A stretch of 64,000 bases of DNA, from the NCBI RefSeq assembly GCF_006345805.1, contig NC_042997.1, positions 165,354,001 through 165,418,000 on the forward strand, written 5' to 3'. The notes beneath the pieces were generated by a model. That model worked only from the letters and a program-made list of their open reading frames with translations. It ran no database searches and was not told where the DNA came from. Shown here in pieces: positions 24,311-37,810 of this stretch (the stretch's first letter is position 1; each line of letters begins with the position of its first letter). The DNA comes from Octopus sinensis (taxonomy: Eukaryota). The translations under genes were made by a program, and so were the position numbers.

Positions 24311-24345
24311 GTTTTACGTTTCGAGCATAGTTCTTCTTCGGAAAC
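24311..24345 (-). ncRNA. Degenerate minimal hammerhead in a solo PLE pseudo-LTR
   Basis: gttt CCGAAGA a gaac-tat-gctc GAAA cg TA aaac. Confidence 0.5.
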
Positions 24346-24889
24346 AGGAAAACCAGGAAAGTTCAAGACGAAGGAGGAAAAAAGTCACCAACAATCACAT
24401 GTGGTTACATTTCTAAAGTGACCGGAAATAGGAGGAATGAAGAGAAAGTGCTTTCTGGAACAGGAGAGTGTGAAGATAGTCACTATGTGTGTGTGTGTGT
24501 GTGTATGTGGTAGCGTGCGATGTGTGTGTGTGTGTGTAGCAGCATGTGTGTGTATGGTAGTGTGTGTGTGTGTGTGTGTGGCAGTAACCGTGTGTATGTG
24601 GTAGCGTGTGTGCGTGCGGTTGTAACTGTGTGTGTGGTATTAACTGTGAGCATGTTGGTCACGGTTGAAATGGCTGCTTGAACAGGACTTCATTATACAA
24701 TAAACTACATTATACAGTAGGGTGTGATATGAGGAAGATTTGGTGGTTACTTCTGGTAGAATCAAAATATCAGACAGATTCTTCCTTAAAAGTTGCAGCT
24801 GGCCGGGTCTTTACGGTCGCCAACAAATCGATCCAATAGTCAAAAATTTGTTGTTCCAGCATGGGGTAATTAAATAAGATAGCTATATA

Positions 24890-25267
24890 TGGAAGCACTC
24901 CGTCGGTTACGACGACGAGGGTTCCGGTTGATCAACGGAACAGCCTGCTCGTGAAATTAACGTGTAAGTGGCTGAGCACTCCACAGACACGTGTACCCTT
25001 AACGTAGTTCTCGGGGATATTCAGCGTGACACAGGGAGTGACAAAGCCGGCCCTTTGAAATACAGGTACAACAGAAACAGGAAGTAAGAGTGAGAAAGTT
25101 GTGGTGAAAGAGTACAGCAGGAATCACCACCATTCCCTGCCGGAGCCTCGTGGAGCTTTAGGTGTTTTCGCTCAATAAACACTCACAACGCCCGGTCTGG
25201 GAATCGAAACCGCGATCCTATGACCGCGAGTCCGCTGCCCTAACCACTGGGCCATTGCGCCTCCACT
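24890..25267 (-). mobile_element. SINE, head A + tail 2
   Basis: Same head as 10110-10415 and same tail as 16719-17047. 11-bp TSD atagctatata at 24879-24889 and 25268-25278. Confidence 0.9.
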
Positions 25268-25761
25268 ATAGCTATATACTCACACATATTAACTCACACA
25301 AGATAGCTATATACTCACACATATTAACAGAGAAAATTGTATTACAACAAATAGTGTTGATAACGATGATGATGAGGAGGAGGAGGTGGAGGAGATAGTC
25401 CTGGTGGTGGTGGTGACGATGATGATGATGTTGATGATAAAGGCAATAAAAATGATGAGTGCGGTGGTATGAAGAAGGATGAAGTATAAGCGTTTACAAT
25501 GATGTGAGTCGTTTACAAACTGGAAGATAATGATGCTAAAATTGTGTGGAGGTGTTCTCCAGGGATCTAACAGGTGAACTGAACTGGACAAACCAACACC
25601 GACGCATTCGACCGTATTCATGCATATGGATGAGTGTGTGGGTGTGTGGGTGTGCGCGCATGTATTCGTATGCGTATGTCTGTATTTTTATTAGCACGTC
25701 CTGGTGTATATGTGCATGTATATTTTTATATACATACATGTGTAATAATATATGTATATAC

Positions 25762-25831
<70 letters not shown>

Positions 25832-26349
25832 ACTTATGTATGTATACAAGCACACAATTATACATACATGTAAACACACATAGGCACATACAAGCACACA
25901 ATTATACATACATGTAAACACACATAGGCACATACAAGCACACACGCACATACAAGCACACACGCGCATATACACAAAGTAAAGCACAGTTATTCCCCAC
26001 ACATACATACATACATACATACATACACACACACACTACATATACATACGCGCGCACACACATACATCAAACTACCAGTATCTTCCACTGACCATTCTCC
26101 TACGCACATGTCTAGGTAGACACACAACAGGAGCCACTCCTACTAAAACGTCTTCCTATGACCTTAAACGATACTAAGCCCAACCACATACATAGATTAA
26201 CAGCCACAACCACACACATACACAGACATATGTGCTATCATTACACACACACACACCTGCGCGCACGCACATACCCACACATACACACACATACCTCCTC
26301 TTGCACTCTCTTGTCTTTGAAAGAATTTTTTCTTCACCCATTCCCTTCG

Positions 26350-26567
26350 GGTCATTCAATATGTGACCGCGTGTGTATCGTTGGCGATTTTTTTCCTCCG
26401 TCTTCTCTCCTTTGGATCTTTCCTTTTTCTATGTTTCTGACGAAGAGCTCCGCTCGAAACTTTAAATCCTCTTTCTTTGTTTCCTTTCCTGAGCGTCCAA
26501 TAACACTATACTTGTTCCACGTCCTCGCGTTGTTGTGCTTTCTCTTTGTGTTTTCATGTTTAGATCA

Positions 26568-26571
<4 letters not shown>
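26350..26571 (+). mobile_element. Solo PLE pseudo-LTR with minimal hammerhead (26434-26466)
   Basis: ttt CTGACGA a gagc-tcc-gctc GAAA c ttt aaa; pyrimidine-rich tail ending at (TA)n. Confidence 0.65.
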
Positions 26572-26635
<64 letters not shown>

Positions 26636-26670
26636 CAACAATTGAGGGCAAAATTAATTAATTATTAATC

Positions 26671-26777
26671 AATTTCACCAAGTGTTCAGTATGCAAAGGG
26701 ACCATTCAAGGCGAATTCAAATTATTACATTATATAAAAGGGCTTAGTAAAATAAATTACTTTGCCGCATACTGAAC
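26671..26777. other. Structured motif copy B (see findings)
   Basis: Perfect 11-bp stem gttcagtatgc/gcatactgaac; inner hairpin gggc-ttagtaa...ttactt-tgcc. Confidence 0.55.
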
Positions 26778-26880
26778 TCATTAGAAATAGCAGCTAAAAA
26801 ACTTTTTTAAAGCTATTTCTAATACTTAAAGAAAATCTCTCTCATATATAGTGTTTGCTTAATTCATATATATATATATA

Positions 26881-27156
26881 TCACCGTGACCGACCAGGCT
26901 ATCAGACGTTGCTACACAGCGCTGGTCACAATTGTTTTAGCCTTCAAATGACGCCACCCCGCTGGCTAAGCGAGCAGGCCAACAGAAGAAAGAGTGAGAG
27001 AAAGTTGTGGCGAAAGAGTGCTGCTGGGATCGCCACCACACCCTGCCGGAGCCGCGTGGAGCTTTAGGTATTTTCGCTCAATAAACACTCACAACGAATC
27101 GAAACCGCGGTCCTACAACCGCGAGTCCGCTGCCCTAACCACTGGGCCATTGCGCC
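26881..27156 (-). mobile_element. SINE, head A + tail 3
   Basis: Head A sequence joined to a different 3' tail. Confidence 0.85.
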
Positions 27157-27274
27157 GGAAGAATTGATGTAAGCTTTAATGATAAACTGCGATAGGTGAG
27201 CTGCAATACGGCGAGGGATTACTGTATGTACGCATATCTGTATATATAAATACACACACACACACATAATAATG

Positions 27275-27795
27275 AAGGGGGTTGCAGTCTGGGAAGTTAG
27301 ATGACTAGATGTTAGGGATGATGTGGTCGCAGAAATTGTCTGACAGCCATAACTGGGTTCTCCTGCTTGTGTGGCATGGTGTAGAGTCTTGTTGCCATAC
27401 ATAGGGTCTTCCAGCAACCACCCTCTTGAACCAAGGCAGCACTACCTTCTCCAGGAAAGAGGAATGGAGGCATAAAATCGCCATCACTAGTGATCACTCC
27501 AAAGACCTTGATGTTGGCTGGATGTTTGATTTTTATCACTCTTGGTACATGCACTGTCCTCAGATTGACACCAAAACACTCTGAAATGTTCGTATTGGAG
27601 CTTCTTTCGCGAATGCCAAGCAGTACAGCATGTCGTTTCCAAATTTCTGCCAGAGTAAATTAGGTCACGGGGCTGATTTTCTCACAGATGGTGCCCAACT
27701 GATCCTACTATACTGTGTCGTCGACATAATCAAAAACAAACAATGCGCATGCGCGAAATTAAAAATATAAAATGGGGATACCCATCACACCATGT
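27275..27795 (-). mobile_element. Tc1/maT-like transposase fragment
   Basis: KHPANIKVFGVITSDG and RPYVWQQDSTPCHTSRRTQLWL. Confidence 0.8.
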
Positions 27796-28222
27796 ATATA
27801 TACACACATACATGCAACTAGTAATGGAGAATACACACTCGTGTACGAATGTGGAATGCACATCCCTTGCATAATTGCAAGTTTATCCATTCAAACACTT
27901 ATGTACTCATACATACATATATACATACATATATACATGCATACATTAAATACATACATAGTTTCCCTCGGGTTACACGGTACCCGGTTTGCACGGTTTC
28001 GTCTAAGCACGGATTTAGTTTTAGGCGGATCACTTCTTTGTCCGGTTTACGTGTAGACACACACCAGTTCGTTTCCGTGTCAACTTTTTTTCTCCTTTCG
28101 TTTTCCTTTTATTTCTCTTCATTGATAGTGTAGTTGTTCACTCTCTAAACTAACAATTAAGCTAGAAATATTTTCTTTATATCATATATAACAAAATAAC
28201 TCATATAACAAAATATTTCGTT

Positions 28223-28535
28223 TTTGGATTTGGCTTGCAAGATTCTTTACGTGAGTTCGTGTGTTGAAGCATATTTTGTTGTGTTTGGGGAGAGTCATTC
28301 TCTTTTAGTGCCTTATAATTTAACACACTCACCGGTAAAATTTCCACTTATTTCGTTTTTATTTTTCTAAAATTTTCGTTGCGTCTTGCAACTTTTTCAA
28401 TAGTTTTGAGTCAAAACGGCTGATAAGGTTGCAAGACGCAACGAAAATTTTAGAAAAATAAAAAAGAAATAAGTGGAAATTTTACCGGCACTAAAAGAGA
28501 ATGACTCTCCCCAAACAACAAAATATTTATTTCCT
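28223..28535. mobile_element. Head-to-head palindromic PLE pseudo-LTR pair with variant hammerheads
   Basis: Arms 28271-28403 and 28417-28526 are inverted about gttttgagtcaaaac. A 20-bp direct repeat atataacaaa(a/t)tatttcgtt flanks it. Confidence 0.7.
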
Positions 28536-29893
28536 ATATAACAAATTATTTCGTTAAATATTTTCGAGATTGAAAAATAGATTTTGAAATGTCAAGAAAG
28601 TCGATTTCGAGAAATAATAATTCATCTTCAACTGTAAGTACCAAACAGTTTAATATAAGTGAAACAACTAATAGTACAGTTAAGAAAAGCGAAGAAAATT
28701 TAGAGTCAGCACAATTGCTGAATCTTCGATAATTTTAAACGAACACCATACCAAATTATTAACATCATGGAAACAACGGAAAGCTTTATTTTGGATTGAA
28801 AATAAAAACCCAATATTACGACAGTAACACTATGTATGTATGTATGTATGTGTGAAGGCACGAGCTTACGATCGTGAGGTTGTGAGTTCGCCTCTCGGAC
28901 CGGGCTGCGTAATTTTAGTCCTTGAGGACAGTTTTCGTTTTTCTTTCGTGTTACCCAATTTTGCCTTGTCTTGTCTTGCAGCCCCAAAGCTTTTTTTTTT
29001 CTTCTGTATATGTATTATTTTCATTTTAATTGTTGTTTCCGTGTGGCTCTAAGTCTTTATTCTATCTATTGTTTTGTCCTTCATCCGTTTACTAACGGTC
29101 TCGTCTCGAGTCCGCCTCGAACCCATCTCGTCTTGTTATTCATAATTTGGTGCACTTGGTTTTGTGAGTGAATGCCTAAGCGACAATTTGTAAAAAGTCG
29201 GATTTTCAAAAGATATCAACCAGCCAGCTAAGACTCACATTACAAATAAAATCAAAAAACGGAACAGAAAAATATGCACAACTTCCTTAAGTCCAAAATG
29301 TGACATTGTTTCTGTTACCTACATCCAAACAATGGAGCTTTGTATCTTTGACAGAAACCATCTCCTTCCTTGCGGGAAGACTTCAGATAATTAAAAGCAG
29401 AAGAGAACTCATATATACATACGTATACACACACACACTCACTTGCATACATATTCAAAATGTTCTGTAGTGTGTAGGCAGCTTGCTCTTATCATTTAGT
29501 TACTGCGCCGCTTTGGTTCTCTTTTTCCTTCAACCCACTTGCAAAGACCATATTAAGGGGGTTGTAACAAAGGCAAGAAAAAGAAAAGAAAGAAAGGAAC
29601 CCCTAGAAAGAGAGGGGGCGGACATAGTAACTTTGTACATTCAGTGTATGGCAATATTAGGGTGATCGCTCAAGTATTTCTCGGGGATGACGCCATATTT
29701 TTCTGCTAAAATTATGGCTTTCAACGGATACATAGATATCCAAAAATACAAAAAAAAAAAGCTATCAAGAGCAAGCTCACTCGTAACCCACCCATTTCTG
29801 TCCTTTTCTTTCAGTTAGTATATCTCTCTCTCTCTCTCTCTTATATATATATATATATATAAGGATAAGATCGTTAATTTGAATTAAATAACG

Positions 29894-29990
29894 ATGTTAT
29901 CAAGTGGCCAGCATGGGAATAAAAACCTTCAAAGGTAATGATTATTATTCAAATTCTAACTTAGGGTATCTACAAGATACCGCCATGCTG
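29894..29990. other. Structured motif copy C (see findings)
   Basis: Outer stem cagcatgg/ccatgctg; inner hairpin ggtatc-tacaa-gatacc. Confidence 0.55.
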
Positions 29991-30202
29991 AAAATAGCAG
30001 CCAGGATCTGACTCTAAAACCACATTAAGTGTTCATATAGCACAAGGAGAGAAGACAAAAAGACAAAATAAAACTAGTAAAAAATTACTGGATAATTCCA
30101 GATCCCGGATTTCTGACTTTGCATTTAGAAATGCTTTGCCTCATCAGTGGAATATACGCTCTGGTCGACGCTATGGCGACCAGAGCTGGCTTGGCTTGGC
30201 TT

Positions 30203-30203
30203 A

Positions 30204-30267
<64 letters not shown>

Positions 30268-30268
30268 A
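30203..30268. repeat. (GAAA)n microsatellite
   Basis: Seen directly. Confidence 0.95.
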
Positions 30269-31687
30269 CGAATTTCAATCATATATAGAGAACTATAGCG
30301 CGAAGGCAGCATTAAAAAAACAACCCTTCCTCAGTTGTTGGCAGTTTTACCTACTCCGCATTGCAACAAGATGCGTCTTCGTCAAAGTAATTGCTCCTCC
30401 AAAGCAAATTAAATAAAATTTGAGATACGTGGAACGTCAAAGCTGCTAACAAAAACAGGAAAGTGAAAACATTCGGTAAGGGCTGTTTAACATTAACGAG
30501 GTGAAGTGGTGAACGCTGGAGAAAGAAATCTTTGTCAAGAGACAGACAAGAATGCATCTTATAGTTATAAGCTGAACGAGAAGAAAAAGAATTACATTTA
30601 GAAATAGATCTATAATTATTGAGGACAGAATTACAGTTAGAAATAGAGAACTATAAATATTGAATTATGCATAAAGTGCTGACTTACATTCGGGGCTTCC
30701 AATTTCTCTGTTAAATATAAGATAATCGCAAAATCATCGCACGTGTCACCTTCGATTACAAACACCAGTGGAAGATAAAAGTTCCAGAGGACTTTCTTGT
30801 TCTTTCGTTCGTACAAGGATCGTATTATGTTTCGGCTTAAAATAAATTATAGATACAAATATAATGTATAGAAATATTTAAAAACCAGAATAGAAATTAA
30901 ACGTCTTAGGCATATAAAATGAGATAACATGAGATATCAAGGTGTCATAAATTTGAAACCTGCTAGAATATCATAGATTATATATATCAAGTCATTTAAT
31001 CAGTTCTGTCCAATTTACATTTTTTTAGATTTGAATGAAATTTAATAGTATTTTCAAATGTCTAATTCAATTAAAAATTATCTTTATGCATTTGTGTACG
31101 TTTAAACTAATTAAATATTGTTTTACAAAATAATAGACGGTGTCCACAAAGTCTGCATACATGGGGATTAACACATACTTTGTGCATAAGTATTCATTGG
31201 ATCTAATCCAGATAGTATTTTCAAAAAGCTTTACAGTTTTATATTTTAAAAATTTAATTTTAAAGTTTAAGAAAATTATAAGACGCTAAATATTTATGCT
31301 TACAACGTACTAAAATGTCTATGATTTTAGTTAATAATATGTTTTTATTTCTATTACTAGCGTATAGTATGCTACTCGATTTAGTATATGTTTTCTATGG
31401 TGTTAATTCAGTAAATATCGATCATCGTTAATTATACTCAATGTTAGACTGTACGAGGTGGTTAATGCATGATGCAAATGTCGTGGAATTTTTTATATAG
31501 GGATGAATAAATGAATTCTTGTGTCCCCTATATCTATTTTTTAAATCAGTAGCACTCCCTATATAAATTTTCCTAAGTCCGGAGCGTTAAATTAATAAAC
31601 CTGTTTGCTGTTTACACACCGTCTTCGTCTTTTGTTCGTTTCTTTTGTAAATTCCCAACATATATATATATGTATGTGTGTGTATGC

Positions 31688-31770
<83 letters not shown>

Positions 31771-32006
31771 ATGTAAAACTGAGAATGTGTGTCTGTCTGT
31801 CTGTGTGTTTCCCTAAAACTTGAGAACTCCACAACCAATTTCATTCAAATTTTATACATGCCTTATTTGGGTCCATGTAGTGTCACGGGCAAAACATTTC
31901 TAACTTCTTGCCTAGGGCGAACACACAGCAATATCATATCTTCTCCACTATTTCAGTCTTACGTGTTAAAAGTGAAGCAAGAACATCTCTCTATTGTATG
32001 TATATG

Positions 32007-32081
<75 letters not shown>

Positions 32082-32319
32082 ATATATAGCTGTATATATG
32101 TATACATGTATATGTATAGCTGTATATGTATAGATGTATTTCTATAGATATGTGTATACATGTATGTCTAGATGTATATATATATATATATATTATATAT
32201 ATATATATATATAGATGTACATGTAATATGTACACATATATACACATATATATATATACATACATATATACACCCATACACACATACCCCCCACCCATAC
32301 ACATACACACATACATAAG

Positions 32320-32689
32320 TGCAGGTGTGGTAACAAACTTGGTTTCAAAACACATGGTCCTCAGTTCAGTCCCACTGTGTGGTAACTTGGCATGTGTCTT
32401 CTGCTATAGCCTGAGACCAACCAAAGCCTTGTCAGTGGATTTGTTGACAGAAACTGAAAGAAATCAATGGTATGTATATGTATATTTATATGTAAGGCTA
32501 TGTGTGTGTCTTTGTGTTCTCCCTCATCACTGCTTCACAACTGGGGTTCGTTTATCTACATCCCCATAACTTACTGGTTTCACAAGAAGAAACTTATCGA
32601 ATAAGTACCGGGCTTATCAAAATATAAAACAGCTCTACGCAGTGTCTCACATTTTTGTTGGCCCATTCAGTTGTATCTATCAATTTATC

Positions 32690-32700
<11 letters not shown>
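32320..32700 (+). mobile_element. SINE S2; its 3' half is duplicated at ~35490-35760
   Basis: cagttcagtcccactgtgtgg...ggatttgttgacagaaactgaaag. The downstream flank cagttgtatctatcaatttatctttg recurs near 35724. Confidence 0.75.
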
Positions 32701-32722
<22 letters not shown>

Positions 32723-32804
32723 ATACATATGTATATATATATATATGGATTTCGTAGACAGGAACTGAAACAAATCAATCGTATATATATGTAAGTGTAT
32801 GTGT

Positions 32805-35480
32805 TTTGGTATTGGCAACATGAATGACAATGGCCAGAGACTACTTGAATTTTGCACATGACATAACCTGTGCATCACTAACACATTCTTTACCAACAAG
32901 ACATCCCACAAGGCATCTTGGAGACATCCAAGATCTCAGCACTGGCATCAGCTTGATCTCATCATTACACGAAAATCCTTTCTGAATTCTGTTCAACTGA
33001 CCCGTACTTATCACAGCGCGGATTGTGACACAGATCATTCACTAATAAAAAGCAGGGTGGGATTCTGCCTAAAAAAAGTCCATTACTTTAAGAAAATGGG
33101 CCGACCACGCATTAACACTGCCAGAACCTCGGACGCTACACTGCGACAATGTTTTGCTGTTTCTATCAAGGTTGCCCTCAGTAGCTGCCCAACCTCCTCT
33201 GCTGAAAGTAGGTGGAATTATATCAGGGAAGCTTTGTATACCACATCAATATATACTTCCGGCATGAGAGAAAGGTAAAACCCAGATTTTGTTCAGTGCT
33301 GGGCTCTCAGAGCTGGAAGCAGTTATCGAAGCAAAGCGTGCAGCTCTGATGCAATACAAGAGTGATTCTTCTACAAAGACACTCGAAGAACTTAGAAAGG
33401 CAAGAAATAAAACCCAACTGACTGCCAGATGCTGTGCAAATGGGTATTGGCAGGAAAAATCTGTCAGAGTATCCAGTCATCTGCTGACAGTGGCGACTCC
33501 CGTGGGATGTATGCCGGTTTGACGAAGGCCCTAGGGCCATCTGCAACCAAGTCAGCCCCTCTGAAATCAACTACTGGGGATCTCATCAAGGACCAAAGCA
33601 AGCAAATGGATACATGGATGAAGTACTATCAGGATCTCTACTCACGAGAAACCACGGTAGCTGAGGCTGCGATCAAGGGTATCAAGATCTTGCCAGTCAT
33701 GTGTGAACTTGACAGTCTGCCATCTATAGCAGAGCTCACCAAATCTATTGACTCCCTTGCAAGTAACAAGGCTCCGGGAAAAGACGGCATCCCCGTAGAG
33801 ATCATCAAAACCGGCAAAAACACCATCCTGCTTCGGCACATTCATGAGCTTCTGTGTCAGTGCTGGGAAGAGGGTACAGTCCCCCAGAACATGCGGGATG
33901 CTAACATCATTACGCTTTACAAAAATAAAGGTGACCGTGATGATTGTAACAATTACCGTGGAATATCTCTTCTAAGCACTGTTGGAAAGGCCTCTGCTCG
34001 CATTATCCTGTCCAGGCTGCAACTAATTGCTTCTCGAATTTATCCAGAATCGCAGTGTGGCTTTAGAAGAAGCAGATCAACTATTGACATGATATTCTCC
34101 ATACGCCAACTTCAGAAGTCCAGAGAGCAGAAAATGCCATTATATATGGCCTTCATTGATCTGACAAAGGCCTTTGACTTGGTAAGTAAAAAAGGCCTCT
34201 TCATCCTGCTACAAAAAATCGGATGTCCACCAAAGCTGCTGAGGATCATCAAATCTTTCCATGCTGATATGCAAGGCACCATACATCACAATAGTTCAGA
34301 ATCAGGTTGTGTCCTTGCTCCTACATTATTTGGCATCTTCTTCTTGCTGCTGCTGTCACATGCCTTTCAGACATCAGATGATGGAGTGTTTCTGCACAGT
34401 AGAAGTGATGGGAAACTGTTCAATCTCTCGCGTCTGCGTGTCATGACCAAAATCAGAAGCGTCCTGATCAAGGAGATGCTATTTGCTGATGATGCCGCTC
34501 TGGTATCACATACAGAAGAAGCCCTACAAAGGCTAATCAACTGTTTTGAGCAAGCATTTGGCGACTTTGGCTTAGTTATCAGCCTCAAGAAGACCAACAT
34601 CATGGGTCAGGCTACATCGGACATCCCAAACATACATATTGGAGACAGAGTACATGAGGTGGAGAAGTTTACCTATCTTGGCTCTACCGTCACCTACAAC
34701 CTATCCCTTGATGCTGAGCTCAATATACGCATTGGCAAGGCAGCTGCTGTGATGGCCCAACTCACCAAACGGGCATGGGACAACAATAAGCTGACCAAGA
34801 TCACAAAAATCAAGATTTACCAGGTATGTGTACTTAGCACGCTACTGTATGGAAGTGAGACTTGGACGCCATACACACGCCAAGAGCGTCGCCTAAATAT
34901 CTTTCACCTGCGCTGCCTCTAGAAAATCCTTCGCATCAAATGGAAGAATCATGTCCTCAACAAAGATGTCTTCAAGCAAGCAGGAATACCAAGCATGTTT
35001 GCACTCCTCACACAAAGACGTATGAGATGGCTTGGACATGTTAGCCGTATGGAAGATGGCAGAATCCCCAAGGACATACTGTTCAGAGAGCTTGCTAGGG
35101 GCACTAGGTCTGTGGGAAGACCGTTCTTACGATACAAGGATGTTTGCAAAAGGGACATGAATGCCTGCAACATCAATATTACCAACTGTGAAGCAGTTGC
35201 CAGTAACCGTAGAGATTTGCGACGTACCTTAAAAGGAGTGACATAGAGAGAGAGGAGAAATGGAAAGACAAGAAAATACGTCAACAAGAAACTATGACAT
35301 TACAACCAGCCAGGCAAAGTCTTCGCTACATTTGCGACACCTGCTAGAGGGAGTATTTGTTCAGGATAGGACTACACAGCCACAGCAGGAGATGTATTAG
35401 GATATGAAATGTAAAAGCCGGACTAGATTATTTTATGCGCAACTCCATTGTCTCCCGAGACAAAAAGGATGCCAACAACA
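32805..35480 (+). mobile_element. RTE LINE, 5'-truncated (APE C-terminus + RT), with stops, frameshifts and an internal deletion
   Basis: FGIGNMNDNGQRLLEFC; ORF 33429..34922 with NYRGISLLS, AFIDLTKAFD, LFADDAAL and FTYLGS; 3' UTR ending ggatgccaacaaca. Long flanking duplication. Confidence 0.95.
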
Positions 35481-35777
35481 ATATATATGGATTTCGTAGA
35501 CAGGAACTATAACAAATCAATCGTATATATATGTAATATATGTAAGTGTATGTGTGTGTCTTTGTCTCTGTGTTTCGCCCTCATCACTGCTTCACAACTG
35601 CTGTTCATTTATTTACATCCACATAACTTACTAGTTTCACAAGAACAAACTAATAGAATAAGTACTAGGCTTATCAACATAAAAAAGCACTAGGCTGTGT
35701 CTCATATTTTTGTTTGTCCACTCAGTTGTATCTATCAATTTATCTTTGTATATATGTGTGTGCGTGTGTGTGTATGT

Positions 35778-35861
<84 letters not shown>

Positions 35862-35865
35862 ATAT

Positions 35866-35899
<34 letters not shown>

Positions 35900-36249
35900 A
35901 AACACCCTAATGGGAGCCTTAACTCCCAAATTTTAGTAATTTCTTTTATGATCCAAAACTAGGTAAAAAAATGGATCTTTATGAAATTTGGAAATTATAT
36001 CTTATGCATAAGGGCCATAATCCCCATGACAATTCATATATTTTTGCTGTTGGTGAATTTTTAACCATAGATATTAGACACAAATGAAGTAATATTTATA
36101 AAATTTCATCTTCTTACAAAGTTAGAAAGATCCCTCCAAGGGGACTTAACACCCACAATTTTGCCATTTTATCTAAGCAAAAACGAATACAGTTGTGCTC
36201 TTGGAAGCTGTAGGGTTACCCGAGCATAAAAGTCGGGCATTATTTCTAA
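35900..36249 (+). mobile_element. Non-autonomous Helitron-like fragment
   Basis: 3' hairpin cccga-gcataaaag-tcggg followed by a degenerate CTAG-like end. Confidence 0.45.
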
Positions 36250-36548
36250 TTCAATGGTACAACAGTGTAACAGTTTGCTTTGTCATACACTTACATTGTG
36301 ATTTCTGCAATGTGCTGCATAAATTGTCAAGTAAATGAGGGGCATCTTTGCCTCCACTGATTCAGTTGCAAAGTGTTGAGTAAAGTTATTTGATTGCAGA
36401 CCTCCTTTCAGTCTTTTTATTATCACTCGGTCACACATAGTCCCCAGATGGTAACATTGATTTCAAGGCCCTCCCAGATGAGTGACTGGTTATTCAAAGA
36501 CATTTATAGGTTTTAAATTTATTCTGTCCAGTTACGTATCAGTATAGT

Positions 36549-36780
36549 GCGGCGAGGTGGCAGAAACGTTAGCACTCTGGGCGAAATGCTTCGTGGTATT
36601 TCGTCTGTCTCTACGTTCTGAGTTCAAATTCCAACGAGGTCGACTTTGCCTTTCATCCTTTCGGGGTCGGTTAAATAAGTACCAGTTACGCACTGGGGTG
36701 GATATAATCGTCTTAATCCGTTTGTCTGTCCTTGTTTGTCCCCTCTGTGTTTAGCCCCTTTTGGGTAGTAAAGAAATAAG
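36549..36780 (+). mobile_element. SINE S1
   Basis: Near-identical to 57935-58167. Confidence 0.9.
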
Positions 36781-37029
36781 TATAGTGGTCATTTGCAAAC
36801 TCCAGAGGTGACACTTTAATTTCTCCTTAGCCCTCACGTCACACAGATGTTAATGTTGATTTCAGTTGGGTCACACCCTTCCAATTGCTATATATTCGTA
36901 ATGCATCTTACGGCTGTGCCTGTCACCTGGATGGTGAGGAATCCTACATTGGGAGTGGTAACGACTAGGGTAGGGTAACTAACTGCTTATTGTGATCATT
37001 CGTCTTCTGGTTTCCTGTAGCTTTGCTCT

Positions 37030-37451
37030 CTTTTACAAACCCAGTGTACATATATTTCCAATTTCAAAAAAATTCAAACAATAGATATAAGACCCAAGTT
37101 AAAAAGATTTTCAACAATTCAACTTCCCTGGTTGACATTAAGATGCCCACCCCCAACAGGGGCCTTAACTCTCACATTTTAGAGCTCCACGACCTTCATT
37201 TTTCAGGAGCAAAATCTTTTTAACAAGTTCAATAAGACTGGAATTTTGGAATATGCGCATAAAAATCAGTATTATGGGATACATGTGGCACGATTACAAT
37301 TTTTTTAGGGTGTGTAAAGAGTGAAATAACCCTCATCTGCAATTTTGATGAAATTCGAAATATAGATATTCCAGTTCATTACAGAAGATATAACAGAAAA
37401 GTCTAATTCTCCAATTGAATGTAACCGGGCAACGCCGGGTATCTCTGCTAG
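37030..37451 (+). mobile_element. Non-autonomous Helitron 3' part
   Basis: Ends ccgggcaacgccgggtatctctgCTAG|t. Confidence 0.7.
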
Positions 37452-37810
37452 TTGTCTATAAAGTATACAATGTAGAGAGAAAAAAAAGATTTGAACACCT
37501 GGAGGAAAGCACCATCGAAAAGTGTCTTGGTGCGACTATGAAAGATATCAAGTATCTAACCAGAGACGGTAAATTCGCCACAATAGAAGCAAGGTTCGAG
37601 TCAACGGAGCGTGTAAGGGATTACTCGACTCGAACCTTGCAAAGTGGAAATATTTTATTTTTACCTTTATATCTGGGACGTGGGACGTCTCGGATAAAAA
37701 TTAAAAATGCCCCCCAGAAGTAGAGGTAGGCTGGATTGTAGTCACACTTCTATACATGAGGGAGGACAAGATACAATTGATCGAAATTGCAAGAGACGGG
37801 CCTACAATTC
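37452..37810 (+). mobile_element. Possible L1/Tx1 ORF1 fragment
   Basis: ORF 37415..37723 (VVYKVYNV...IEARF...PLYLGRGTSRIKI) resembles an ORF1 RRM region. Weak. Confidence 0.35.

Noticed and set aside
26781-26796. ttagaaatagcagc resembles the SpCas9 sgRNA scaffold word
   Set aside because: Short AT-rich match only; the rest of the scaffold is absent.
33429-34922. 497-aa ORF as an active or domesticated RT gene
   Set aside because: 5'-truncated, flanked by stops and frameshifts, and missing the segment before the GCVLAP motif.
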